From assembly GCA_951406725.2 (NCBI GenBank), contig OX597816.1, forward strand, positions 16,120,001-16,184,000: DNA of 64,000 bases, written 5' to 3'. The notes below the pieces were generated by a model that did no database searches, had not been told where the DNA came from, and saw nothing but the letters and a program-made list of their open reading frames with translations. Positions 51,141-63,639 of the stretch are shown here, piece after piece. A program made the translations under genes and the position numbers. This stretch comes from Octopus vulgaris. Its lineage: Eukaryota. The stretch's first letter is position 1. Each line of letters opens with the position of its first letter.

Positions 51141-51547
51141 CATGCATACACTCACTAACCCGTATGCATATCGATATATATATATATATATACACTCGTA
51201 AGCATGTGGATACCTGACAAAAGATAATTATACATACGCTCACACTTAAGAAAGACCGACAGAAGCATAAAACATTTATGTTCTCATACATACATACATA
51301 ACATACACACCCATTCACATGCCTGCACACGCACACACACACACACATTCATTCACGTGCGCATATACACACACAGTTATATCTATATACACACCTAGTC
51401 GTACAGGTACCTAATACACACACAAACGCACCTGACACAGACAAACGTTTTAAAATACTCGCATTCGATCTATATTTTACAATAGCCGCCGTTTGTAAAG
51501 AAATGAAAATAACACTATTATCATTAGAAACCCTCTTCGTTTTCTAA

Positions 51548-51582
<35 letters not shown>

Positions 51583-51583
51583 C

Positions 51584-51633
<50 letters not shown>

Positions 51634-52501
51634 CAATAATAATAAAAGTGACAATAATGACAAATGATAAATAGTTGGCCTCATTCACTTTGGTCAAGCA
51701 GAAATTTAGCGTCGAACATTTTATTTTTTTATACTTTAAACTTATTCAGTTCATCCAATAATAAAAAAGAAAAACGAAAAGAAAAAAAAAACTTTTGTGA
51801 TACAAAAAATAATAATAAAAAAAACCAGAAAAGAAAAGCACTAAAGAAAAAAAGAATAAAAAAACTAAAAAAACCAGATCTATTAACAAGTCGTCGTCGC
51901 CATCGTCGTCGTCGTCGTCAACATGCTAATGAAAGGTGTTTTTATTTTAAACTAAAGATTACCTCTATTATATATACGTACAACTATATATATACACCTT
52001 TAATTTGAACAGGTTCTTGGTTTAAAGAGAAACTAGGAACATCGTAAATAGTGATTGGTTTTTGAGATTACAAGTGTAGTTTTCTTACACATATAAATTT
52101 ATACACATACATATATATATATGTGTATATATTTATAGTGGTGTATGTTGATGTGTAGATATAAATATAAGCATATATAAGGAAGACACACGAAAACGTA
52201 AGTTTGTTTTTAATTTTATTTACTTTTGTTTTTAATATTTATATTTTATTTTGTTAATTTTTCATTTGTTTTGTTCGGTGTTTGTTACATAATAACGTGT
52301 AGCAATAGATGAAATAAAATAAACGGTCAAGATCTCTTGGATCAGTAATACTTGAATTAATGTCATTAACAAGAAGAAGAAGAACGTGATAATCAAAAAT
52401 AGATAACAATAACGGAAACTAAAACAATTTAACTTCGTATCAATTCAAACATTTTTTATCTGACTTGGAAATTAGTTACGAAAACGATGAAAACAAAAAC
52501 T

Positions 52502-52772
52502 GTGGCTGTGTGGTAAGTAGCTTGCTTACCAACCACATGTTTCCGGGTTCAGTCCCACTGTGTGGCACTTTGGGCAAGTGTCTTCTACAATAGCCTCGGG
52601 CCGACCAAAGCCTTGTGAGTGGATTTGGTAGACGGAAACTGAAAGAAGCCCATCGTATATATGTATATAGGGAGAGTTCACGAAAAAAACAAAAGACGAA
52701 GACGGGTGCTGTACAAAACAAACAGATGTATTAGTATAACGCTCAGGAATAGAAAAACTTTTACGTTACGAG

Positions 52773-52825
<53 letters not shown>

Positions 52826-53057
52826 GTGTGTGTATATGTTTATGTGTCTGTGTTTGTCCCCCCAACATCGCTTGACAACTGATAGTGGTGTGTTTACGTC
52901 CCTGTAATCTAGCGGTTCGGCAAAAAGACCGATAGAATAAGTACTAGGCTTACAAGGAATAAGTCCTGGTGGTCGATTTGCTCGACTAAAGGCGGTGCTC
53001 CAGCATGGCCACAGTCAAATGACTGAAACCAGTAAAAGAGTAAAGAGTAAAAGAGTA
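52502..53057 (+). mobile_element. SINE family B with a ~110-bp foreign insert in its internal (TA)n
   Basis: Insert gggagagttcacg...ttacgagcc at ~52669-52775, flanked by TA repeats. Confidence 0.8.
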
Positions 53058-53259
53058 ATTAATAAAATAATATTCAGCTATAAGAACAAAGCCTTATAGT
53101 TGTTAAGTATGTTAAATCAACTGCAGTATTTCACTGGTGTTGTAATTCTACTGACCCCGGAAGGCTATAAAAGCAAAGTTGACCTCAGTGAGATATGAAC
53201 TCGGAACTAGCAATTATATTAGTGGGTTAGTGTGGGTGATTGCGTATATATATGTGTAG

Positions 53260-53800
53260 TGTGTGGTAAGAAGTTTGCTTCCCAGCCCCATGGTTTCAGG
53301 TTCAGTCCCACTGCATGGCACATTGGGCAAGTGATTTCTGCTATAGCTTTCGATCGACCAAAGCCTTTAGTGATTGAATTTGCTAGGTGGAAACTGAAAG
53401 AAGCCCGTCTCACACACAAACCTACACTATATATTTTCTTTTTTACACGTTTACTTGTTTCAGTCACCTTTTAGGTGAGCAAATCGACCTCTAGTACTTA
53501 GTCTATCGGTCCCGTTTGGCGAACCGCTATGTTATGGGGACGTAAACACACCAGCATCGGTTGTCAAGTGATGTTGGGGACAAACACAGACATACATACA
53601 TATGGATATATATATATGAATGTGTGTGTATATGTATACACATACATATATACATACGATGGGCTTCTTTTAGTTTCCATCAACCAAATCCACTCACAAG
53701 GCTTTGGTCGGCCTGAGGCTACAGTAGAAGACACTTGCCCAAGGTGCCACGCAGTGGGACTGAAACATGTGGTTGGTGAGCAAACTACTCCTGCGTCTAT
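53260..53800. mobile_element. Convergent pair of SINE B copies
   Basis: 53260-53415 on plus (5' half) and 53450-53800 on minus. Confidence 0.75.
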
Positions 53801-54009
53801 AATATATATATATATATATAAGTAGTTGAATGAATTATCCTAGTATGGATAATTCGGTTAACCGATACCCGGGTAGCAAATTCACGTCAGAAAAACATGG
53901 TTGAAGCTACATGCCAAGGGCAGAGATCACGTGCTTTCGTGTGGAAATTTGTGTGTTTTTTTTAATACAAATAAATGAAAGAATGGAGTTGAACGACGAT
54001 TTAACAAAA

Positions 54010-54108
54010 TTCCTTTATTCTCGACATATGTTTCGAAGACTGCATATTCCTAATTTCGAAGGAATAAGGGGTGCATTATGCCGCCTTCTCATCAGGAAAG
54101 ACAAGGAA
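54010..54108 (-). ncRNA. Type I hammerhead ribozyme (Penelope pLTR-type)
   Basis: Minus strand: ttccttgtctttc-CTGATGA-gaaggc...gtcttc-GAAA-catatg-TC^gagaataaaggaa; complete core with a GUC site. Confidence 0.75.
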
Positions 54109-55293
54109 CTTATGTCAGCATCATGATGAACAAAAACTTTTAGATGACTGCCCACACGGAGTCCATATATGTATATGTATGTATGAATATATGCACATAT
54201 ATAATACATACATGTAAATAGATAGATAGATTACAGGGATCTTAATAGAACTACTGTGGATAACTCGGATCTGCCCCGCAAAATTTCAAAGCCGACCGAA
54301 GTGGGTCCGAGATTTTCGTTTCCTTATCTCGTTTATGTGATTGTGAATTTCGCAAAATAATCGAATTTCCCTGGCGATCGATTGGAGGTGAAAAAAATCA
54401 AAGCTAACTAGATGTATAAGTTTATTGATTTTTGTCAATCACACACTCCTCTACAGCCGGCTTCTTTTAAAATCGAAAAACCGCGAAGCTCCTGTGACAT
54501 TCGAAAACGGTTTTTTCACTCTCAGAATTGTCGTAGCCCGAAACAAACTACCCACATCAGTTATTAATCGTTAAGACACTGCATCCTTCAAAAACACCAC
54601 GTTTCCCGAAATTCCCTAACATCACTGATGTATCTATGGAGCCTTTCTTTTTTTATGGCTCTGCTACGGTCCTCTGTTCTGTTTTCGTGTGTTTTATTCT
54701 ATAAACAGTGCCTGTACTGTGTGCTACTTTCTTTACTTGACTTACTGCCGTTTTCTCTTCCCTCTTTTATCCTTTTCCGACAAGATGCAGTACACCGAAT
54801 CACTCTTTACTCTAAGTTCAACATTTAAGCGGGCAGAACCGTTAGCATGCCGAGCAGAATGCTTAGCAGCATTTCCTCCGTCTTTACGTTAAGTTCCAAG
54901 TTCAAATTCCGTCAAGGTCGACTCTGCTTTCGGGGTTGATAAAATCAGTATCACTTGAAGACTGGGGTCGATGTAATCGATTAGCACTTTCCCCCAAAAT
55001 TGCAGACCTTGTGCCTGTAGTTGAAAGGATTGTTATCAATTGTTTTACAAACCTGTATCAACGAAAAATACATCGTAGACTACCATGTGCTTTAGTATAG
55101 TCATATTCGTGGTCATACACATGCATACGATATTGATGTGTATATTTATTATCACATAATCAACTGTAAATATGCACGCTCACATCAGCCGGAACATGTT
55201 AATCAATGCATAATCATCAAAGTTTTGATTCTCGCTGTTTTGTGTACTCACTACAATTTAATACAAACACACAAAATATAAAGTATATTGTAT

Positions 55294-55670
55294 ACTCTTT
55301 TACTTGTTTCAGTCATTTGACTGCGGCCATGCTGGAGCACCACCTTTAGTCGAGCAAATTGACCCCAGGACTTATTCTTTGTGAGCCTAGTACTTATTCT
55401 ATCGGTCTCTTTTTCCGAACCGCTAAGTTATGGGAACATAAACACACCACCATCGGTTGTCAAGCGATGTTGGGGGGAACAAACACAGACACAAACACAC
55501 ATATATACGACGGGATTCTTTCAGTTTCCGCCTACCAAATCCACTCACAAGGCTTTGGTCGGCCCGAGGCTATAGTAGAAGACACTTGCCCAAGGTGCCA
55601 CGCAGTGGGACTGAACCCGGAACCATGTGGTTGGTAAGCAAGCTACTTACCACACAGATACTCCTGCGCC
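55294..55670 (-). mobile_element. SINE family B
   Basis: Full-length match. Confidence 0.9.
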
Positions 55671-56037
55671 TATGTATATACTATCTATCAATTCCCCCTT
55701 TTCTCTCTCTCCCCATCCATCCACCCAATATCTATCTACCTGCCTACCTACCTACCTCAGTGTCGCCCCATCTTTAAGTATGAATCTTTCTCTCCCATGC
55801 AAAAGTTACGCCCTTTTCTTCTGCTCTTCTTAGGTGTTGATCTTCCTGTAATCTTCATTCGATGCAATATTTGGAAGCATTTTCTTTTCATTTTCAGATG
55901 TTACATAATTCAATCTTAGCAAATGATAAGAGAAGTGTTTGTTTTAGCTTTCCCTTTGTCATTTACATATAGCGTTTATGTATCAAGGCGAGATCTGCTT
56001 TGATGGAAGTAACATCAGCTTCGTGTACTACAGCTTT

Positions 56038-56403
56038 CTATCTATCTATCCGCTCAGTCGAAGTCGACTCTCGGTTACTCGATGGATCAGTGTCCTCCAG
56101 TCAGTTCTATCCTGGGCCACTTCTTTCAGATTGGCTATGTCCATTCCGGTATCACTCTTGATGGTGTCAAGCCAGCGGGTTCTTGGTCGGCCTCTTCCTC
56201 TCTTGCCACTGACCATTCCGAGCATGATGTCCTTCTCCAGGGATTTTCTCCGCATAATATGACCAAAATATGCCAATCTATGCTTGGTGATCCTAGCTTC
56301 TAGCGACATTTTCGGCCTGATCTGCTTAAGAACTTCTCCATTGGTGAGCCTCGTTGTCCATAGAATCCGTAAAAGTCTTCTCCAACACCAAAGCTCGAAT
56401 GCA
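56038..56403 (-). mobile_element. RTE-clade LINE 3' fragment
   Basis: AFELWCWRRLLRILWTTRLTNGEVL...RLAYFGHIMRRKSLEKDIMLGMVSGKRGRGRPRTRWLDTIK...AQDRTDWR..IHRVTESRLRL; short (GATA)n tail. Confidence 0.9.
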
Positions 56404-56962
56404 ATATAGCAATATATTTACACGATATATTTAGCAGTCGTGTGTTATGGATTCCCCATTAGTAGCTAGGCTTAATTCTTTTACAGGATGCTTGGACTAT
56501 CTTCGTATTGGTTATGCAAGTCTAACTTGATTTTAAAAATTGTCTGCAGAATAAACTTACTGATTTATGGCTAGACTTTTAGAAGGCGGGGCAGATTTTT
56601 TTATTGCATATACGCTATACACGCTATTGTGTGTTCATGTTTGGGAATGTGTGTGAGTCTATGAGAACAGAAAGGTAGATATGTATGTGCTTATACACAC
56701 ATACATATAATACACACACATGTATACATAATACAAACATACATATATACACATCTATCTATCTACGTATGGTCAGCCATATATAACAATATATATACAT
56801 CCCTCTCTCTCTCTCTTACGATGTATGTATGCATGTATAGATGTACACACACTGCACATATACGAGTATGTCTATAAGAGTGTGAGAACACGTGCATCAC
56901 GTGTGTTTGCGCGCGCGCGTGTATATATATAATCAAAATAAGCAACAAGAATAACTTTGGTA

Positions 56963-57053
56963 ATTTGGTACGATCGTTTCGCAATACATCATTTTATTAA
57001 ATGTTGTAAGCATTACAACAGTTTTAAAATGCTGAGCACTCATCAGCCATCAA
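56963..57053 (-). ncRNA. Type I hammerhead ribozyme motif (Penelope pLTR-type)
   Basis: Minus strand: atgg-CTGATGA-gtgc...ttgc-GAAA-cgatcg-TA^cca; the downstream ttcttgttgctt matches the Penelope end at 33508. Confidence 0.6.
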
Positions 57054-57489
57054 TAGAGGTTTTCCATTAATACATAATTTTCATATCAAATGATAACCTG
57101 ATAGGGAAATTTTGAATTAACAAAACATTAAGGGAACTGCAGAAATTATAGAGTGATCAAGGGGTGACTTGTGGTTCTCTAACTGGGCGTGCAGGTGCAG
57201 GTTTATTTCTTTTAAGTTCATTTGGATTTCATATGATTTATTTTTATGTTTAGTATGAGGAATTAATGCTGTGTTAGTTGACTATGGTTGTATTTGAGTT
57301 TCTGTGCAGCTGCCATTTGAATCTATGTATGTGTATGCATGGATTTTTTTCATGTACCTTCTAGGCATTCAGTTCCCAAGGATTCCCAGACGAATCCCTA
57401 GGTGAGACAGAATGTATTGCAAGCAGCCTGTATATACTCACTCACACGTACGTAGGTACGTACGTACGTATGTAAGTATGTATGTATGT

Positions 57490-57900
57490 GCAGATTTGTA
57501 TGTTTTATGTATGTATTCTCATGCATATAGTTACATATCTAGACATACTCATATTTAAATGCTAAACTTCTGGAAAGTTTTACAGATTTTTACAGTTCCA
57601 GCGATGGATTGGATCTGTAGCCTTCGAATTAGCTTTCTTCTTTCTGGTTTTGAGAAGAGTAATTTCTCAAGATTGGTATTTAGGCAGTGTATTACATATC
57701 CCAGGCTCCCAATAATTACAAGTATAAACCTGAATTTGTAATCTGGATAGAGTAACTGCTGATTTCTCAATAGTTCAGCAGACGTATTATATTTTTACTG
57801 ATCTTCAGCTTTACGTTAACAGCCACTGGGCAGCTGATTTCCACATCTGTATACAGTTTCTCTTCTCTATCCCAAATCATTATATCAGGTCTGTTGTGCT
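57490..57900 (-). mobile_element. R4/Dong-type non-LTR retrotransposon 3' fragment (RLE domain)
   Basis: KHNRPDIMIWDREEKLYTDVEISCPVAVNVKLKISK...RNQQLLYPDYKFRFILVIIGSLGYV...RRLQIQSIAGTVKICKTFQKF; flanked by (TACA)n on both sides. Confidence 0.8.
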
Positions 57901-57922
57901 TGCGTACGTACGTATGTATGTA

Positions 57923-57959
<37 letters not shown>

Positions 57960-58075
57960 ATGTATGTATGTGTGTGTGTGTGTGTGTGGGTGTATGTATG
58001 TATGTATGTATGTATGTATGTATGTATGTATGTATGGATGCATGCATGCATGTATGTATGCATGCATATGTTATA

Positions 58076-58129
<54 letters not shown>

Positions 58130-58294
58130 CAATGGAGAAAATTGACACTTACTGAATAACTATATCGTTTCTCTAATGAGGTGTTTAAGAGTAAATAAGA
58201 ATGGATGAATTAACTTTATATTTGGAGACAAACAGAAACGTAAAAATGATAATTATTTCTTTATTGCCTACAGGGGGCTAAAAGGGTAGAAAGA

Positions 58295-58413
58295 CGTTTA
58301 CAGCACCTAGGTTTCCCAAGCGGTCACCCATCTAAGTACTAACTAGGCTCGACGTTGTTTAACTTCGGTGATCGGACGAGAACCGGCGTTTTCAAAGTGA
58401 TATGACCGTAAAC
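58295..58413 (-). pseudogene. Full-length retroposed 5S rRNA fused to a SINE A/LINE-type 3' tail (58255-58294), with TSD
   Basis: gtttacggtcatatcac...gatcaccgaagttaaacaacgtcgagcctagttagtacttagatgggtgaccgcttgggaaacctaggtgctgtaaac; TSD gtaaaaatgataatt at 58240-58254 and 58414-58428. Confidence 0.85.
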
Positions 58414-58880
58414 GTAAAAATGATAATTGAAAACTAAAGCCGAATTAATATAAATAAATTTTAAAAAAAGATAAACAAAATACATAAACGAACACGAGGA
58501 ACACACATACGTAGTTGTGTACATGGGCGACAATATATAAACTATCATACTTATTATTTTTATTTAAAGAGTTAATTTGCGAGGATCACATAAATGAAAT
58601 TACTGTTGCATGATCGAAGTCTTAAAAGTCCTCAAACTACAGAACCTGGTTCAAGGGACTTAACTCTCGTTTGATTTTAGGCAAATAGAAGTTTTAGGAT
58701 TTGTAATTCAAAACATCGGAGTGGAGATGGGGGAATTGGTTTAGCTTGATTAGGTAATTGAATTAATTAAGGAAGAACGTAAAAATACATTAAAAATTTT
58801 TTATTGCATAATTATTTCGTTTTTGGATTTGGTTTGCAAACTATTGAAAAGGTTGCAAGACGCAACGAAAATTTTAGGAC

Positions 58881-59213
58881 AATAAAAATGAGAAAAAAGT
58901 GGAAATTTTACCGGTGAGTGTGTTACATTATAAGGCACAAAAAGAAAATGACTCTCCCCAGACACAACAGAATTGCATAATTAAAAATATCAAAATTAAA
59001 GTTAAGTCTTAAAAAGAATCGATGCACACATTGATTCTTTTTAAGACTTAACTTTAATTTTGATTTCGTTTTTGGAGTTGGTTTGTAAGATTCTTTATGC
59101 GAGTTCGTGTGTTGAAGCATTTTCTGTTGTGTCTGAGGAGAGTCATTTTCTTTTTGTGCCTTATAATTTAACACACTCACAGGTATAATTTCCACTAATT
59201 TCTTATTTTTATT
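58881..59213. repeat. Nested fold-back: ~90-bp outer inverted arms and a ~35-bp inner hairpin
   Basis: Outer arms 58881-58972 and 59122-59213; inner hairpin 58989-59064. Confidence 0.85.
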
Positions 59214-59454
59214 TTTAATTTTGATATTTTTAATTATTCAATAAAAAAGATTATAAAAACAAAACAATAACCGTCCAATGTAGTTTGAAGATGTGGTAAG
59301 AGTTGGATTAAAAACACGCAATACGTAAAGATGTATATATACGATTACAAACACATGCAATAGAACAAATGATACATATATATATATATATATACATGCA
59401 CATATGTCTATCTAGCTAGCTAACTAGTGATTTCTATATATTATGAATAGTAAA

Positions 59455-59725
59455 TCATCATTTAACGTCCGCTTTCCATGCTAGCATGGGTTGGACGATT
59501 TGACTGAGGTCTGGCGAACCAGGCTCCAATCTGATCTGGCAGAATTTCTACAGCTGGATGCCCTTCCTAACGCCAACAAATCTGAGAGTGTAGTGGGTGC
59601 TTTTACGTGCCACCGGCACGAGGGCCAGTCAAGCAGTACTGGCAACGGCCATGCCCAAATGGTGCTTTTTATGTGCCACCTGCACAGGAGCCAGTCCAGT
59701 GGCACTGGCGACGACCTCACTCGAA
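59455..59725 (-). mobile_element. RTE-associated 3' UTR repeat (also 61895-62300 minus; 62490-62530 and 63440-63580 plus)
   Basis: ttggcgttaggaagggcatccagctgtagaa...ccaacccatgctagcatggaaagcggacgttaaatgatga tail. Confidence 0.65.
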
Positions 59726-59898
59726 TGTGTGTGTGTGTGTGTGCATACAAACTCATAAATATATTTGTTTATACATACGTATATAGAAATATAGATACAT
59801 GCACATGTACTTACAGACATACAGATACATGAATACATTCAAACTTGCATACATACATATCTCTAACTATGTAACCATGCAACTGTATCTCTGCCTTT

Positions 59899-60712
59899 GG
59901 TACAATTTGGTTATTTCACCCCCATTAAAAATTGGGCTATCTCCTCCAACTAAAAAAAATTGTTTAACCCTCAATAAAACAAACAAAAAAATTAATAAAC
60001 AGGAAAAGTGAAAAGATTAAACACCTAATTGAATTTCATATTTTTATAAGAAATCATACAAAACTGAAAAAATGAATTAACATGCACAGGAGTGGCTGTG
60101 TGGTAAGTAGCTTGCTAACCAGCCACATGGTTCCAGGTTCAGTCCAACTGCGTGGCATCTTGGGCAAGTGTCTTTTGCTATAGCCCTGGGCTGACCAATG
60201 CCTCGTGAGTGGATTTGGTAGACGGAAACTGAAAGAAGCCTGTCGTATATATGTATATATATATAAGTGTGTGTGAATATGTTTGTGTGTCTGTGTTTGT
60301 TCCCCTAGCATTGCTTGACAACCGATGCTGGTGTGTTTACGTCCCCGTCACTTTGTGGTTCGGCAAAAGAGAGCGATAGAATAAGTACTGGGCTTACAAA
60401 GAATAAGACCCGGGGTCGATTTGCTTGACTAAAGGCGGTGCTCCAGCATGGCCGCAGTCAAATGACTGAAACAAGTAAAAGAGTAAACAGGATAACTGAA
60501 AAAATCTTAAAAATTAAAAATTAAATAAAATTAAAAATCTAATAACATTTTCATAACAAATCATATCATTCCTATTGAGGAGGTCAGTGTCGAAGTATTG
60601 CATCAAAAGGATCTAACTCTTATAATCCAATCTTTTGTCGCCACATGAACTCAACTTTTTAGTGGGGAAATAACCCAATTTTTTAATGGGGGTGAGATAT
60701 CCAAAAGTACTG
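59899..60712. mobile_element. DNA-transposon-like element with ~55-bp TIRs containing a SINE B (60085-60487)
   Basis: tcacccccattaaaaattggg / cccaattttttaatgggggtga inverted. Confidence 0.6.
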
Positions 60713-62619
60713 CGCCTTTTTCATGCATGTGGTTGATGCCTGTCTATATATTTATTGATCTATCTACCTCTGTCTCTCTCTCTACATATATATATATATA
60801 TATATACACATAACATATTAAGCCAAAGAACAAAGATGATAATAAGCAAAAAAAATAGCTAATATTGTGGATTCGAATATTAAGTAGTTAGACCAGAAGA
60901 AAAAGAAAAGGTTTAAAGGTCGCTTCCTTTTGTAGTGAATCACTATGTTTCTATATATCTTTTATACATGCAGTTTCTGTGTATAGAGGTGCTAATTCTC
61001 TCAGAATGCAGATTAACATAGAATTTTTATGAAAGAGCATATGAAAACTGTCACTGGGGTATAAACTACCACGTTTGCTGTTCCCAATCTATGTTCAAGT
61101 TCCAGATAAAAGTATCTCATTTCGGGTAATAAGGTTCTCATCCAGTGCTATGAACATGCGATTAAAATGTCGCGGGAAACAATGGCAAGACAGAGTCTTT
61201 AAGCCAAGAAAACCAAGAAGTGACCCAAAAGCAGAACAAGAACAAAATGGTTGGATAATACCCATAGCCTCAGTTTGTTACACCTCAGAATCCAGCCAGG
61301 AAGGGTAATGATGGTCGTTTCTGATAGGACCCCATGGAGAAGTTGCCTGAGGACTCTATCCCCATGAAACTTCCTAGGAATAATGAGAAGAGAAGATGCA
61401 TGGATGGATGGATATAATAGGGAATTTTACATAGTTTATTTATTGGCTGAGGTCATCTTGAAAGGGGTCAATATCCTATTAGCAGGTAAACATTCGTTAG
61501 AGGTCAAGCCAAACCTAAAGTGGTAAGAAAGGATTTATCAAAGTAGTTGAGTCACCACTGAAGCGCTTTCCCCTAGTAATGCTAAGTGCTTACTTAACAT
61601 TGAAGTATTTTGTATAGGAAAGTCAGTAAGTCAGTTTAATGCGGATGTACAATTGAAGATAAAGTACTTTAATAGTTAAAGGTGTGTGTTATAATTGGTT
61701 TCTATCTACAGATAATAACTATTATATCTGTTAGTAAAAAAATGTACTCAACCCAATGATATTTGTAATGTTTATGTTTTTATTTGATAAAATTGTCTCT
61801 CACAAAACAGGTGTGTATATGAGTGTGTTTTTATGTGCATGCATGTGTGTGTGTATGCATGTATGATGTGTGCGTGTGAGTGTAATGAATATCATCATCA
61901 TCATCGTTTAACGTCCGTTTTCCATTCTAGCATGGGTTGGACGGTTCGACCGGGATCTGGGAAGCCATGAGGCTGCACCAGGCTCCAATCTGATCTGGCA
62001 GTGTTTCTACATCTGGATGCCCTTCCTAATGCCAACCACTCCGTGAGTGTAGTGGGTGCTTTTTACGTGCCACTGGCACAGGGGTTAGGGGAGTCTGGCA
62101 ACAGCCACGATCAGTTGGTGCTTTTTATGTGCCACCAACACAGGAGCCAGTCAAGGCAGTGCTGGCATTGGCCATGTTCGGATGGTGCTTTTTATGTGCC
62201 ACCGGCACAGGTATCACAACTACAATTTCCATTTGATTTTTGTTTTGATGTTGATGTAATTGACTCAATAGGTCTCCTCCTCAAGCACAGCAGGTCGCCC
62301 GAATATATATATATATATATATACAATGGGCTTCTTTCAGTTTCCATCTACCAAATCCACTCACAAGGCTTTGGCCAGCCCAAGGCTTTAGAAGAAGACA
62401 CTTGCCCAATATGTCACACAGTGGGACCAAACCTGGAACCATGTGGCCTAAATATATATATATATATATATATAATGTCAAACTGTGCAATCTATGCCAG
62501 CATGGAAAGTGGATGTTAAATGATGATGATGATTATATATATGGTGGGTGGTGTTGTGGGAAAAGTGGATATACATTATAAGCAATGAATTGTGAATACA
62601 TTGTATTTACACTGGACGC

Positions 62620-63024
62620 TTTACTCTTTTACTCTTTTACTTGTTTCAGTCATTTGACTGTGGCCATGCTGGAGCACCACCTTTAGTCGAGCAAATCGAC
62701 CCCGGGACTTATTCTTTGTAAGCCCAGTACTTATTCTCTTTTGCCGAACCGCTAAGTAACGGGGACGTAAACACACCAGCATCGGTTGTCAAGCAATGCT
62801 AGGGGGACAAACACAGACACACAAACATATACACACACACTTATATATATATACATATATCCGACAGGCTTCTTTCAGTTTCCGTCTACCAAATCCACTC
62901 ACAAGGCATTGGTCGGCCCGGGGCTATAGCAGAAGACACTTGCCCAAGATGCCACGCAGTGGGACTGAACCCGGAACCATGTGGTTGGTTAGTAAGCTAC
63001 TTACCTCACAGCGACTCCTGCGCC
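62620..63024 (-). mobile_element. SINE family B
   Basis: Full-length match. Confidence 0.9.
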
Positions 63025-63639
63025 TTTGTGTACACTTTTCTCATTATGGTTTCACTGTACACTTTTCCTGAGGTTGTGCTACTGTTCAGTTTTTACCATT
63101 ATAATATTTGCTAAGCAGTCTCACTGGTGCCAGTGCCAAGTAAAAAGCAACAGTCATGGGCCAGACTCTGGCTGGATTCCCAAACTGGACCAACTGAGCC
63201 AATAGATCTCATTCTCAGTCTACTCTTAGGTCACTTGCTGGTTGGTTCAGTTTGAAGAACCTCTCTTGGGGTTACTTCTTGTAACATTCTAATCACATGT
63301 CCATAGTAAAGGAACTGTGACCTCTCAAAACAGTGAACAGATTCATCTGGAGAGACTTCCTGACCCCTCAGCTACATACCCTATCAAGTAATGTTACTCC
63401 AGAGACTTCTCATAGGTCAAATACAAATACCAGCTCTACACTCTGTGGAGTGGTTAACATCAGGGAAGGCATCTAACTGTAGAAACCATACCAAAGCAGG
63501 GGCTTGGAATAGCCCTCTGATTTGTCAGATGCTGTCAAACTGAAGCCCATGCTAGCATGGAAAATTAACATTAAATGGGGATGCTGTTGTAGCTGCTGAT
63601 GCTGCTGGTGATGATGATACTGATGCTGCTGCTGTTGCT

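Noticed and set aside
51660-52330. Possible 3' UTR with AATAAA signals
   Set aside because: AATAAA is common in such AT-rich DNA and no upstream coding exon was identified.
58295-58413. Functional 5S rRNA gene
   Set aside because: Solitary, fused to a retroelement tail and flanked by a TSD, so treated as a retrocopy.
60925-61010. Minus-strand ctgagaga...hairpin...GAAAcatag, hammerhead-like
   Set aside because: The core is not CUGAnGA, stem III is not palindromic and there is no NUH site; too degenerate to call.
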